In this document: piece by piece, positions 1 through 10,472 of the stretch
Numbering within the stretch: the stretch's first letter is position 1
Layout: each line of letters begins with the position of its first letter
Virus record (IMG/VR): IMGVR_UViG_3300008255_000097
Span: 123,225-187,224 of that record
Origin: a virus
Length of the DNA stretch: 64,000 bases
Strand: one strand, 5' to 3'
Notes under the pieces: model-generated
What the model was told of the DNA's origin: nothing
Databases searched by the model: none
Seen by the model: only the letters and a program-made list of their open reading frames with translations
Program-made: the position numbers and the translations under genes

Positions 1-696
1 TCACTATCGTACACCAGCTCAATTTTACTAACATTACAGTAGATATAGTCATGTGTTAGCTTGAATAAGAATGTTCGATCTTTTCCGTCTACCGTAACAC
101 ACACTTTTGTAAAAATCGGGCAAGTGGTATAGTCATTAAATTTAACACCATTAAATTGTTCTCTAATACTAACTTGCAATAGATGCACAATTAACGTCTT
201 ACATAACCAACATCGTTCTCTATTTCTTGTGTTTTTATCCTCTGCAGCGTATAGTTTATTACCGAAATGTTCTAAACTATTTTTATCTTCCAATGATTCA
301 ATTAAATCAAAAAACATTTCATCTGTTTTAATATCACTACCACTGATAACCTCTTGCTCACACAACCACCGTGTAGAATAACTTAAATCTGGAGTAACAG
401 AATACGCCTGCATATTTCTTCCTCTACTAGCTTTATCGGGGCTACTTTCTAGAGTTAAAGGTACAGGTACAAACTCTGCTTTTGATGCTTCCTCGAGTAA
501 AGGAACGTATATGTTTTTATGATAATTTTTTTGAACTATACAAGCGCGGTGATGTGCACGGATAGCGCGCTTTATATTTTCTTCGAGTGTATGTCGATTA
601 TGTAGGTGTAGTTTTTTTCCGTTGAGAAATACTATAGTATACTCTCTCCATAATATTTCAATAGTATCTTCTGTAAAGCTGACATGCGGGCTAGTT
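1..696 (-). CDS. hypothetical protein, partial (continues beyond window start)
   Basis: Minus-strand frame open from the window edge to an ATG at 696..694 (MKSRTSPHVSF...). It is not in the ORF track because the stop lies outside the window. Confidence 0.45.
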
Positions 697-930
697 CTAG
701 ATTTCATCTATATATTCCTGCCAGTTGTTACTGTCATCATCCCAATGACGACAATCATAAATTTTAACTCCTAGATACAGGCCATATAGCTCTATAACAA
801 ACTCAAATCCTGCGTGGTCGCATTTATGCGTCCAATGACAGTGAACATCGAAGAAGTATCCACTATCTTTAAAATAATCTAACTGAATCTCAAAAAATTT
901 GTTAAGAGTTATTTGTATAGTTTTACACAT
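697..930 (-). CDS. hypothetical Cys/His-rich small protein
   Basis: 77-aa ORF in operon orientation; contains HCHWTHKCDH. Confidence 0.4.
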   Translation of the reverse strand: MCKTIQITLNKFFEIQLDYFKDSGYFFDVHCHWTHKCDHAGFEFVIELYGLYLGVKIYDCRHWDDDSNNWQEYIDEI

Positions 931-936
931 ATTGTT

Positions 937-1167
937 CTACTCCAGTGCTATGTTTGCTAACTCATACGCTTCATCAACCTGAGCTCCCATTCGTTCGAGT
1001 ATGCCACAAGTATAGTTATAATGTCTAATGAGCCCCTTTAGATTTTTGACTACCGCAGTATGCTTTTGTTCGAGTGTTGATAAACGTATCTCTAGCTCTT
1101 TAATTCTCTCCTCAGGAGTTGAATTATGCTTAGCTTTCTTCGATGAAGAGGTGTTGCCTTTTTTCAT
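937..1167 (-). CDS. hypothetical coiled-coil protein
   Basis: 76-aa ORF with a heptad-like Lys/Glu-rich sequence. Confidence 0.4.
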   Translation of the reverse strand: MKKGNTSSSKKAKHNSTPEERIKELEIRLSTLEQKHTAVVKNLKGLIRHYNYTCGILERMGAQVDEAYELANIALE

Positions 1168-1672
1168 TAATTATCCTCGCATACTGTTCATTCATAATTA
1201 CATTGTTCGGTATATTATAGTCTATAAACAATGAAGCTATCTCTTCGCAGCTATACCCAGCAAGTTTTGATCCAATCATTGTTACAAAAAATTCAAGCTC
1301 TGGATGCTCTGTTGCGTACTGTATAAAGTATCTGATTTGTCTCTTAATCTTGTGCAGCGGTACAGACCTCATACCACCATTCTTATTAACACGGAGATCT
1401 TTAGTTACAATAGCATATGATCGTCCTTGTCGTCCATATCCTTGTCCATACTTCGCTCCAAATAAGCGTCTAGCAGTTTCAGCCGCACCTTTGCCGTGTC
1501 TACCTTCAGGGTTTGAACCAAAAACAAATATTTGATTAGGCTCTAGCTCTGTAATAAGTCCACTAAATGTTCTCATCTTCGAACTCTTTTTCCCATCTTG
1601 CAACCCATTCTTTGACTCTCGATTTGAATAGACTAAATCGAAGATCATCTTCAAACTCTTCATTAATTTCAC
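1130..1672 (-). CDS. hypothetical protein with Rossmann-like GSN..HGKGAA motif (SLOG-like)
   Basis: FVFGSNPEGRHGKGAAETARRLFGAKYG resembles the nucleotide-binding loop of SLOG/LOG/DprA-like folds. Function unknown. Confidence 0.35.
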   Translation of the reverse strand: MKLMKSLKMIFDLVYSNRESKNGLQDGKKSSKMRTFSGLITELEPNQIFVFGSNPEGRHGKGAAETARRLFGAKYGQGYGRQGRSYAIVTKDLRVNKNGGMRSVPLHKIKRQIRYFIQYATEHPELEFFVTMIGSKLAGYSCEEIASLFIDYNIPNNVIMNEQYARIINEKRQHLFIEES

Positions 1673-1799
1673 ACAATAAATTAGACATATTCTGTCCAGC
1701 TACTACCATTGACTGCATGCGAAGCATATCGTTTCTAAATTCATCTTCAAATTCATCGAATTTAGCTTCTGCTTCTGAAAATGGCTCTGTTGTATTCAT
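1563..1799 (-). CDS. hypothetical acidic protein
   Basis: 78-aa Glu/Asp-rich ORF. It overlaps the neighbouring ORF, so the start is uncertain. Confidence 0.3.
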   Translation of the reverse strand: MNTTEPFSEAEAKFDEFEDEFRNDMLRMQSMVVAGQNMSNLLCEINEEFEDDLRFSLFKSRVKEWVARWEKEFEDENI

Positions 1800-2092
1800 A
1801 CGTTTCCTACCACAAATTCTAATGCATACTCCGATGATATTCTAGCCGTCTTTCTTGCAAGTTCTTCAATTTGTTCAAAGTATTTCTTATCGTTACTCTT
1901 CTCAGGTATTTCTTGATTTTGATATATCTCAACCATTCGAGCTTCAACAGGATAAACAGCTTGTAATCGTTTAAAGTTGTTACTATCAGCCGTTGACAAC
2001 AGCCCAAATAATTTACATGTGAAATTATCAGGAACTGGTAGTACAGTATGAAATACAAAGAACATATCTAAAGCTACACTCATTTTATACAC
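1796..2092 (-). CDS. hypothetical protein
   Basis: 98-aa ORF in operon orientation with ATGA overlap coupling. Confidence 0.35.
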   Translation of the reverse strand: MYKMSVALDMFFVFHTVLPVPDNFTCKLFGLLSTADSNNFKRLQAVYPVEARMVEIYQNQEIPEKSNDKKYFEQIEELARKTARISSEYALEFVVGNV

Positions 2093-2337
2093 CGCCTTGA
2101 TTTTTCTGAGTTTTTAAACGACCATGTTATTTTACTCAGACACTCTCTAATATCTTTCAATACATCTGATGCCATCTCTTCATTTCTTATATAGTGCAGT
2201 TCAAGCAGAGTAAGCCAGTTTAATAAACTAACACCATCAATACGTACTTGTGTGATGTTACACTTCTCTACATCAATAGCATCAAAATCTCTAGATGCTT
2301 GTAGGTTTTGTGGTAATGGTATGTTATTCATAGTCAC
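2080..2337 (-). CDS. hypothetical protein
   Basis: 85-aa ORF in operon orientation. Confidence 0.35.
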   Translation of the reverse strand: MTMNNIPLPQNLQASRDFDAIDVEKCNITQVRIDGVSLLNWLTLLELHYIRNEEMASDVLKDIRECLSKITWSFKNSEKSRRCIK

Positions 2338-3568
2338 GAATGATTTTCAATTTTGCAAAACGAGGAATACCATAGCGAGTATACCGGAAGAACTTAAATG
2401 TTCCTCTCTTACCGATGAGCTCATCCTTGTTGTCGAGCAGCCATTTTGCATATGTTTCGGTACCGATAATACCGGCTCTGAATGGTTTACCTTGATGAGT
2501 ACGACCACAGGCACGTGCAGCAATATTGGCTTTGTTGCCGTTTCCAGAAAGAATATCAGTAATGATAAACTCATCATCATCGAACATCTTATACTTGATA
2601 AGCTTTTTTGTCCGCTTATTCTCGTATGGTCCATCAATGCGAATGATCAGTCCTTCATATCCTTCACTAGTGAATTTGTCATGTAGCGGGCGAAGATCTG
2701 CTTCGGAGTTGATTGGATAGTTTTCAACGAGAACAAACATACCAGTATCCCATAGTCCGTGCTTTGTAAGTGCTTCGACCATCAGCTTGTATCGTGATGT
2801 GAACTTTGCACTAAGACCGAGATTGCCAATCTGAGGGCAATCGTAGATATGATACTGAATCTTCTCTTCTGCTTCAAACAAATCAGCAACAGAAGGTTTT
2901 GTCTTTTTAATAAGACTGCAAAGCTTCTCGAACCCACCATCTTCAGCTTCAGGTGTGAACCCTCCACATTGATCAACATTTTCCGGATCAAGAGTTTCCT
3001 CACTTACACCACCACTGTGATATTCGTGATTATACAACTCACCGTCCAGAATAAGATTCGGATACTCTTTAAAGACTGGTTTAAGTGCCGCTAACAGATG
3101 AGGCACTGTACACTGAGGTGTACCTTCACGGGAGAACGCACCCTTCGTTGACATAATGGAGCGAACACCATCTGACTTGCGCTGGCCAATACATGGATAT
3201 TTGATTGTCAGCTTGACTGTCAACATAGTGTTGTCAGGTTGTACCTTCTCCTTTTCAAAAGGCTCAGCAAGCATTGGACGGAAACTTTCCGCAAGAGCGG
3301 AATCGATGTTGTCAATATCTTCTGTGTATCCTTTGTCCTTCTGCTTTTTCCATTTGCTTTCTGCATCTGCGAAAGCTTGTTCATTTGCAGTAGTCTCATT
3401 ACTGCGACCGACATTCTTTCGATCGCATGCTGTTGGTGCACTCTCAGTAATTACACCACCAACCTGACCAGAGCGTGTATAATACAAACCCCCCGACTGT
3501 ACAATAATTGTCCATTCCTGAACAGCGCCAGTAGATGTTCGTTTGTAAAGTGTTGGTAACTGTGTCAT
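2324..3568 (-). CDS. ATP-dependent DNA ligase
   Basis: Nucleotidyltransferase motif I KSDGVR (GQRKSDGVRSIM) in a 414-aa protein of T4/T7 ligase size. Confidence 0.7.
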   Translation of the reverse strand: MTQLPTLYKRTSTGAVQEWTIIVQSGGLYYTRSGQVGGVITESAPTACDRKNVGRSNETTANEQAFADAESKWKKQKDKGYTEDIDNIDSALAESFRPMLAEPFEKEKVQPDNTMLTVKLTIKYPCIGQRKSDGVRSIMSTKGAFSREGTPQCTVPHLLAALKPVFKEYPNLILDGELYNHEYHSGGVSEETLDPENVDQCGGFTPEAEDGGFEKLCSLIKKTKPSVADLFEAEEKIQYHIYDCPQIGNLGLSAKFTSRYKLMVEALTKHGLWDTGMFVLVENYPINSEADLRPLHDKFTSEGYEGLIIRIDGPYENKRTKKLIKYKMFDDDEFIITDILSGNGNKANIAARACGRTHQGKPFRAGIIGTETYAKWLLDNKDELIGKRGTFKFFRYTRYGIPRFAKLKIIRDYE

Positions 3569-3644
3569 TTTTCTCCTTATTGTGTGAAATTCTTCAATTT
3601 ATATATGAGATAATAAGGGATTTATGAATGAATGTCAAGCGATA

Positions 3645-3974
3645 TTATTGTATGATTGCTTGATATGTCGGGCGAATATGTATTTCTTTACCAGATTTAA
3701 TTAGTTCATCATACACATCTGCAAATTTCTCTGCATAACCAAGATCCACCCATAGAAATGATGCTTCATTCCAGTCAATCGGTTTTTGTTGGCGTTTACT
3801 CTCTTCATATTTAAAGATTTCAATACACTTCATTTGAATCATAAACCGATCATCTAATAAAGAACATCTTACACAAAGTTCTTTTAGAATACAATAATGA
3901 TCCTCCGGACAGTGCTCGCAGAGTTCATTTACCATACTTGCAGGTAAATTTCTTTTCATACAAATATTTATCAA
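3645..3974 (-). CDS. hypothetical Cys-rich protein
   Basis: 109-aa ORF with CEHCPEDHYC...CVRC. Confidence 0.4.
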   Translation of the reverse strand: MINICMKRNLPASMVNELCEHCPEDHYCILKELCVRCSLLDDRFMIQMKCIEIFKYEESKRQQKPIDWNEASFLWVDLGYAEKFADVYDELIKSGKEIHIRPTYQAIIQ

Positions 3975-4561
3975 ATTCGGTTAATAAATCTGGCTGTCTC
4001 TATCTCTTCAAATAACACTTTGTCTGAGAAATCTTCAACTGACTGTTCAATTATATTCGCAGCTTCACAGACACAAAATGAACAGATTTTTTGACCTATT
4101 ATCTCGAGATATTTCATGCCTGGTGGAATAAGTGCACCGCACTCATTACAGTGTAAATTACTGTAATCGAACCAATTAGGGAGTACTCGATCAACTTTAA
4201 GACTAGTGTGTGTTGATTTTCTATCAGTGGATGTTTTCGGTAGACAGAGACAGAGTTGCTCTTGAGGGTATGTTTCATATTCCTCAATTTCAAACATAGC
4301 GAGAATTTCTTCAGCAGTATTGTCAGGTAGTCTTAGTTTCTCTGGCAGTTTACTAACGAATACCTCTGCAAGAGTTTTATCTTTGTATTTAAATCCGCGC
4401 TTAAAGTCAAGAGTATTCACTGTAATCGTTGATTTTCCATTTATTTGTTTTCCTTCAAGGAAAGAGTAGTAGTGGGATCGCTCACGAGAAGATAGGAGTT
4501 TCGGTACCCAGGTTCCGGTCGGGAGATGTTTAATCATGTAGAACATAGTATTACCTTCCAA
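3971..4561 (-). CDS. hypothetical zinc-finger protein
   Basis: 196-aa ORF with CNECG...CSFCVC. Confidence 0.4.
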   Translation of the reverse strand: MEGNTMFYMIKHLPTGTWVPKLLSSRERSHYYSFLEGKQINGKSTITVNTLDFKRGFKYKDKTLAEVFVSKLPEKLRLPDNTAEEILAMFEIEEYETYPQEQLCLCLPKTSTDRKSTHTSLKVDRVLPNWFDYSNLHCNECGALIPPGMKYLEIIGQKICSFCVCEAANIIEQSVEDFSDKVLFEEIETARFINRI

Positions 4562-4615
4562 ATATGTTTTATATCATACCTAATATAAGAGATTTGAAAT
4601 CATATTGCAATGAGA

Positions 4616-4915
4616 TTATAAGAGAAACTCAAAATATTCCGATATAAACTCATTAGAAGTTAGTACTTTTATAATTTTTTCACTATTAATTAGTATTGTT
4701 CCTTTTTGACTATATATTTGTAGTTCACAAGGATTATCTATCCATTTCCAGTTCGGTGAACTAATAAAGATAAAACCACAATTTTCATTTATAGTTTGTT
4801 CCATAGTAGATAATGCATCTACAGCTTCAACCTTTCCTATAATTTTAATTGTAGGATAATCTGAAACAGTACAAACTATATACTTACCTTGTAGATTTTG
4901 TTGACTGTATCTCAC
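4616..4915 (-). CDS. hypothetical protein
   Basis: 99-aa ORF. Confidence 0.35.
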   Translation of the reverse strand: MRYSQQNLQGKYIVCTVSDYPTIKIIGKVEAVDALSTMEQTINENCGFIFISSPNWKWIDNPCELQIYSQKGTILINSEKIIKVLTSNEFISEYFEFLL

Positions 4916-5176
4916 TGATAAGTCCTTTTATTAACTCTGATTCGGTTATATGTGGTGTCGCATATATGTTTTTAAGAAAGTCGACATAGATCTTCGGTAC
5001 ACATATATTAGTTTTGGGTGTTAAATTATTCGGTGATATAATACATTGATTGCATTTACACATAATATTTCCTTCTTCTATTATTATACATATGATAAAA
5101 GAATATGCAAGGGCAGATTAGACGTAAGAATTTGGAGATTGTTACCAAAAAGAGCTGCCCTTGCATATAAATATTT

Positions 5177-5779
5177 ATGGAGATTGTTATGAAAAAACCA
5201 AAAGCAGGAACACCTGAATATTGTCGCTGGTATCACGAGCAACACCGCGATGAAATTAACCAAAAGTGTAAAAAACACCAAAAGGCTTATCAAGAGCGTA
5301 AGGGTGAAGTATTTAAACAAGCGGTTCAAATGCATTCTAAAGCTTCCTATGATCGACATAAAGAAGAATATAAAGATAAGTATTCCTCAGAAGAATTTGC
5401 AGAACCTCGTCGTCAACGAATTAGAAAAAGACTACAAACAGACGTATCTTTTAAACTATCACTATCATGTCGCAACAGAATACTACGTGCTATCAAAGAG
5501 CAAAATCAAACCAAACAAAAACAGACTTTTGAACTACTTGGATGTTCTGTTGATGAATTAAAAGCACATCTTGAAAAGCAGTTTCAACCGGGTATGTCGT
5601 GGGAAAACCATGGACGTGGTGAACAATGTTGGCATATTGATCATATTAGACCTTGTGCGTCTTTTGATCTATCTGATCAAAAACAACAACAGCTTTGTTT
5701 TAATTATACAAATCTTCAACCTCTATGGGAATCAGAAAACCTCTCGAAAGGAGCCAAATATTCAAATGAACACATTTAA
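5177..5779 (+). CDS. HNH homing endonuclease
   Basis: WHIDHIRPCASF ... NLQPLWESENLSKG, the HNH H-N-H signature. Isolated plus-strand gene. Confidence 0.7.
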   Translation: MEIVMKKPKAGTPEYCRWYHEQHRDEINQKCKKHQKAYQERKGEVFKQAVQMHSKASYDRHKEEYKDKYSSEEFAEPRRQRIRKRLQTDVSFKLSLSCRNRILRAIKEQNQTKQKQTFELLGCSVDELKAHLEKQFQPGMSWENHGRGEQCWHIDHIRPCASFDLSDQKQQQLCFNYTNLQPLWESENLSKGAKYSNEHI

Positions 5780-6059
5780 TACATACATCAAAGACATCGT
5801 TGTTGAGAGATCTTTACTCGGTGATCCTAATAAACCTTGGGAATTTCTAAGGAATGATCTTATGGGAGTCGATGCTGATGTTAACATAGAAGATAAAACA
5901 GGCAAATTTAATTCAACAAATTGACCGACAATTAAATCACGGCTAGAATCTCAAGGATACACAGTTACTCAAAATCAGAAACTACAAGACGGGAGAATTG
6001 AGTATAAAATTACTGGCAATTCTCCTAAACATGTTAAAGAGTTTTATATAGCTGTCTGA

Positions 6060-6284
6060 TTAAATTATGTTGTCCTCCATCCACCTATATAACCTTACCC
6101 GCGCATTATGAGACATTTTACTGACTTCATTGTGTATTGTTGTCTCAAGTTTAGTCTCTGTACTCTGCGCATCTTTCTTTGCTTGAAGTTGATCATCAGC
6201 CGGTCTCGGCTCTCCACAAAAACTGCATCGGCTAATATCATACCGATTCGTACATTTACATTTCATACATTTCCAATTATTCAT
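6060..6284 (-). CDS. zinc-ribbon protein
   Basis: CMKCKCTNRYDISRCSFCGEPR. Confidence 0.4.
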   Translation of the reverse strand: MNNWKCMKCKCTNRYDISRCSFCGEPRPADDQLQAKKDAQSTETKLETTIHNEVSKMSHNARVRLYRWMEDNII

Positions 6285-6338
6285 ATCTTACCTCCTTTAT
6301 ATATTAACATGAGCTCCTCATAAAGCAACAAAATGAAA

Positions 6339-6367
6339 AGAGGGCTATATATTAATTATAGCCCTCT
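6339..6367. terminator. perfect 11-bp inverted repeat hairpin (bidirectional terminator candidate)
   Basis: AGAGGGCTATA tattaat TATAGCCCTCT flanked by A-run and T-rich sequence. Confidence 0.4.
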
Positions 6368-6809
6368 TCTCTATTAAATGGATAAGTATTGATTTAACTG
6401 ACATATGGATAAGCCAGTAATATATTATATCTGCTTTACGGTGACATGTCTACTCCTGTTTATTGTGTTTAATGTCAGAGTTTATTTATTATTATATCTA
6501 TACTAATAAAATGGATAAGATTTCTTTTAATTGGCCTGATGGTTAACGGCCGATATATAAATATGTATATATCACATTACATATATTAATATCTCTATTT
6601 ATTAAATCAAGTGTAAAACTTAAATATTTATATGAAGACGCTCATATCAATACTCTCTTTCATCGTTTCACTGTTAGTTCGCTTCTCCACTAACATAAAA
6701 AAGGATAAAATTACTGATGATCAAAAAGTAGCTGATGCTATTAGAAACGGAGACGGTCGACGAATAGCAGAAGAATGGAAGCGTAGACGAAAGTATTAAT
6801 AGGTACTAA

Positions 6810-7151
6810 ATGAAAAGATTGTTAAAACTATTTTGTATTGGTTTAATTTTATTTGTATATGGATGTACTACACCAGCGCCACCTCTAACAGAATCAGAAA
6901 TTCCCTGGAGAATGAAACCCGGCTCATATAGAGACGATAGAGGTGCTATACATTTAGTACAAGAAGTAAAGCCTCGGTGGTCTGTTTCAGAGGCGTATCT
7001 ACTTGAAGCGGTTACAGATGCAGACAAAGAACAAAAAGATAATTATTGGCTCAAAACACGTGAGTTTACTAAAGAACATTGGTTTGAGCTTTTAATTCTA
7101 TTAGGGTTGCTGATTGGAGCTATAAAACATAGCAAGTTAGAGCCTAAATAA
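6810..7151 (+). CDS. putative lipoprotein
   Basis: Signal peptide with an LFVYGC lipobox; plus-strand mini-cassette next to the lysin. Confidence 0.45.
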   Translation: MKRLLKLFCIGLILFVYGCTTPAPPLTESEIPWRMKPGSYRDDRGAIHLVQEVKPRWSVSEAYLLEAVTDADKEQKDNYWLKTREFTKEHWFELLILLGLLIGAIKHSKLEPK

Positions 7152-7169
7152 TTCAGAAGGAGGTATGGT

Positions 7170-7628
7170 ATGAAAAAGTTACGAGTATTAGTTTTTAGTT
7201 TACTACTAGCAGGTATTGTTATACTTCAAAGTGGTTGTGCGAGTTATGCAGCATATAGTTATAATAAAAGCACCGCATACGGTGCAGCTGCAAGAGGTAT
7301 AAACACTGAGCAAGCTATTAGAGCTTATGCTAATGGAGATTATATTGCCATTGGTGTTGATCTTGCTGCAACTGATGTTATTTTACAGGACTGGAGAAGC
7401 TTAGGACTACAACTAGGTGGTGCAATTGTTGATGGAATAACACTCTGGGCAGCAATAGACGCAATTGATGATATGAGAGATGATGATAAACCTAATCCTA
7501 AACCTGTAGTAGAGCCTGATCCAGTTAGTGTTCCTCAAGGACAAACTGCTCAAGGTGATAATACATCTATAACAGTTAATGGTGACGGAAATTCAGTTGA
7601 ATACACAATAAATATAGGACAAGAATAA
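7170..7628 (+). CDS. putative lipoprotein (spanin-like candidate)
   Basis: MKKLRVLVFSLLLAGIVILQSGC is a classical lipoprotein signal; strong GGAGG RBS. Confidence 0.5.
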   Translation: MKKLRVLVFSLLLAGIVILQSGCASYAAYSYNKSTAYGAAARGINTEQAIRAYANGDYIAIGVDLAATDVILQDWRSLGLQLGGAIVDGITLWAAIDAIDDMRDDDKPNPKPVVEPDPVSVPQGQTAQGDNTSITVNGDGNSVEYTINIGQE

Positions 7629-7644
7629 TTATAAAGGAGAAATT

Positions 7645-7959
7645 ATGTTTAAGAAAATATTACTAATGTTTAGAGCTGGTTGGTTATGTCAAGCTGTAAC
7701 AAAGCTTATTTCTGGATTTACATCTGCTATAACAGTGTTAAACTTTGTGATCAAAGAAATATCAGGGTCACCTCTCGGTGCTCAAGTTTTAGTATACTTA
7801 CAGGCTATTAAAGATTTGTTAGAGTCTGCCCTCAATGTACTAACAAAGATTGGTACTTTTGTTTGCGGTGTTGAAGCAGTTGCAGAAGCTAAGACACAGT
7901 CTGTTGAATCTGCGCTACGCAATATAAGAGACAAATCTACAGATCTCAAAAAGCTTTAA
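7645..7959 (+). CDS. hypothetical small protein (holin/lysis candidate)
   Basis: 104 aa, hydrophobic N-terminal half, last gene of the plus-strand cassette. Confidence 0.35.
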   Translation: MFKKILLMFRAGWLCQAVTKLISGFTSAITVLNFVIKEISGSPLGAQVLVYLQAIKDLLESALNVLTKIGTFVCGVEAVAEAKTQSVESALRNIRDKSTDLKKL

Positions 7960-8146
7960 CCTTTTGGTGAATAAGTGGATGAGCTTGGTGCATCCGCTGT
8001 TGCTGGATTTGAATTAACATTCTGTACAGCGCGATGTGCACCTGGTAGAATAATTCTAGAAGAGTCCTTTTTAGGACTCTTCTTTTTTGTTCCGTTCATT
8101 CGAGATCTTATAACTCTGTTATGGAAATAGGTTTTGAAATTCTCTT

Positions 8147-8704
8147 TCATTTTGCTCTATATGCTCCTTGCTTAGAAAATAGATGACTACCAATTCTGGT
8201 TTCTTTTTCTTTAGCCCATCCTGGAGATACTATCTTATCGTTGTAATAATGAGTTGCATCAGTGGTCGGTGTGAATGTTCCATTTACTAATTCAGTTGCA
8301 ATTTTAATAGCAATATTCCATTCTGGTCCGTCATATTGTTTTATTTTAAAATTAGCCCAATCTGAAGGTGTCATCTTATTCCAGCAACTAAACTGTTTTG
8401 GTGCTTTTATAGCATCTACCATTTTAGTGACATTACCTTTTCCACGATTATAAATAACTGATGCAACAGCTCGCATTCCAGTTTCTCCATCATTTCGAGC
8501 TTCTCTCCATAGAGTTCGAGCAATAATATTGTGCATTTCTTTTGTAGAGTAACGGTTAACACCTATACTCGATGTAATCCCAGGTGGTGTATTTGCTGCA
8601 TTTGAAATTGCAGGTGCAGATGTCCCGAGCAATGTCGCTGCTAATGCACTTCGAGCAAAATTTCTCATAGCGCCCTCATAAAGAGTTTCATATTTTGTAT
8701 TCAT
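8147..8704 (-). CDS. SleB-like cell wall hydrolase (endolysin candidate)
   Basis: Signal peptide followed by REARNDGETGMRAVASVIYNR ... HYYN, matching the Hydrolase_2/SleB domain. Confidence 0.65.
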   Translation of the reverse strand: MNTKYETLYEGAMRNFARSALAATLLGTSAPAISNAANTPPGITSSIGVNRYSTKEMHNIIARTLWREARNDGETGMRAVASVIYNRGKGNVTKMVDAIKAPKQFSCWNKMTPSDWANFKIKQYDGPEWNIAIKIATELVNGTFTPTTDATHYYNDKIVSPGWAKEKETRIGSHLFSKQGAYRAK

Positions 8705-9051
8705 ACAAATATTTATTAAATATCTATATGAGCTGTGATCCAGAATTTAAAAAACGTTTCCATTACTTCTTTATTTCAAAGGTCTATTACTTATTGAATA
8801 ATACACCGGAAATATTTATGTATCAACGACTTAAGCCAGCTCTACTAGGTGAATGTGATTGGGAAAATATTAAAGTTAATCCATTCAATGAACAAACCAA
8901 TGTTGTCTCAGTAACTATTCATGAGGCTCTTCATTGGTACTATCCTGATTGGTCTGAGACAAAAGTGCTTGAGATAGAAAAAAAGATTATGCACAATATG
9001 TCGAAGATACAATTTAAACGACTTACAGGTCTAATCTTAAAAGTCATATGA
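8695..9051 (+). CDS. hypothetical protein with HExxH motif
   Basis: TIHEALHWYYPDW; plus-strand ORF between minus-strand genes; weak support. Confidence 0.3.
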   Translation: MYSYKYLLNIYMSCDPEFKKRFHYFFISKVYYLLNNTPEIFMYQRLKPALLGECDWENIKVNPFNEQTNVVSVTIHEALHWYYPDWSETKVLEIEKKIMHNMSKIQFKRLTGLILKVI

Positions 9052-9070
9052 CTGCAGGGCGCGCGGTCAA

Positions 9071-9517
9071 TTAACTAACTTGAATATCAACGTCAGTTAT
9101 ATCAGGCTCCTTAAATGGAACCGTTACAGCAAGGATACCGTCTTTGTATATACTGGTAACCTTCTTTGCATCTGCATCTGGACTTAGTGGAATTTGTCTG
9201 CGCATAGAGCGACGACTAATACCGCGATGTCTATAATTGGCCTTAACCTTTTCTGTCTCTTCTACTGCAATGACAGTAATTAAGATATGGTTATTGATAA
9301 CCTTTACAGAGATGTTCTCTTTTGGAATACCTGCAAGAGCGAACTGAATTTCATCTCCGAGATATTTATCATCTTTTACGATTTTCATGACGTTATAGGG
9401 ATAACTATTCTCTTGTCCAAGACGAAAGTCTGCGCCAAGAATGTCATGCATCTCTTTAATAAAAGATTCTGGTAGTAGTGATGGGAACGAACGCTCCCGT
9501 GGAATTATTTGTGTCAT
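9071..9517 (-). CDS. Hsp20/alpha-crystallin small heat shock protein
   Basis: C-terminal AKKVTSIYKDGILAVTVPF and overall alpha-crystallin-domain pattern. Confidence 0.75.
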   Translation of the reverse strand: MTQIIPRERSFPSLLPESFIKEMHDILGADFRLGQENSYPYNVMKIVKDDKYLGDEIQFALAGIPKENISVKVINNHILITVIAVEETEKVKANYRHRGISRRSMRRQIPLSPDADAKKVTSIYKDGILAVTVPFKEPDITDVDIQVS

Positions 9518-9613
9518 ATTATTTCTCCTTTCTTAAGCAAGAATATGTTTTATCAACCCGCGCCCTGCAGCATTGACAAATATATTTATAACATCAATAG
9601 ATAAAAAATCCAC

Positions 9614-9916
9614 TCAATATATTAAATTTTTCAGTTTACTTTCAATGTCTTCAATTTCTTTTCTGATAAGAAAGTTTTCCTGCTCAAGTTTTCCAATTTC
9701 ATCTGCTTGAGAGAGAACAAATCCGGGTCTCCTTAGCTCTACTAGAACTGCTTCATTACGAACAATTATACTTTGCTTCTGAATCAGTTTACTTTTTAGG
9801 TTTATTCTTTTGTTTCTTCTCATCCGATGTTTTATTACATTTATCCACATCTTTTTTCTCCTTCCAGTAGTCAGCTTCCCAGTAGTTACTCCAATTAGTA
9901 TTTCGCCATTTATCAC
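9614..9916 (-). CDS. hypothetical protein
   Basis: 100-aa ORF. Confidence 0.35.
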   Translation of the reverse strand: MINGEILIGVTTGKLTTGRRKKMWINVIKHRMRRNKRINLKSKLIQKQSIIVRNEAVLVELRRPGFVLSQADEIGKLEQENFLIRKEIEDIESKLKNLIY

Positions 9917-9943
9917 CTTTACCTGCCATAATTAGTCTTCTTT

Positions 9944-10408
9944 CTACATATATTGATATACCCTATCCCAGAGATACTCAGATTGTTCATCATCCATCTT
10001 ATACTTTTTGAGTAAAACTTTCATCATATTATCTATTGCTTTTTCTTCAGACTTTAGGAGTTTGTAGGCATCCTTATATTCCTGAATCCTAGTAATACCA
10101 TATGCTTCTGCGTCAAAATCTACTTCACCGTCTTCCCAAAATACACTTACAGGCACTGATACTTTGATTGTTGTACGCATTAGCTTTTTTAGTCTTCTAG
10201 CAATAGGTAAGATATCTGTTTTAGGTATAGAATATACTGTGTCTGTCTCTTTATATCTTACTTCATCTAACTCTTTAGTTAGTTTTTCAATTTCAGCTTT
10301 GATTTGTTGTTCTGTTCTCATAATTTTCTCTGTCATCACCATCCTCGTTTCTCCATCCACTCTATTATAGACATAACTATTACACAAGTTACAATAAGAC
10401 CAATACAA
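9944..10408 (-). CDS. hypothetical protein
   Basis: 154-aa ORF. Confidence 0.4.
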   Translation of the reverse strand: MYWSYCNLCNSYVYNRVDGETRMVMTEKIMRTEQQIKAEIEKLTKELDEVRYKETDTVYSIPKTDILPIARRLKKLMRTTIKVSVPVSVFWEDGEVDFDAEAYGITRIQEYKDAYKLLKSEEKAIDNMMKVLLKKYKMDDEQSEYLWDRVYQYM

Positions 10409-10472
10409 AGTAGTATCGGTGTAATAATAAAAATTACAAGTAAACCATAAATAAGTAATAGTAAATTTATCA

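Noticed and set aside
2252-2686. Plus-strand ORFs overlapping minus-strand genes (e.g. 2252..2686, 11768..12232, 41161..41478, 25012..25209)
   Set aside because: They lie antisense to, or inside, better-supported genes with recognisable motifs. They are low-complexity translations of the AT-rich antisense strand.
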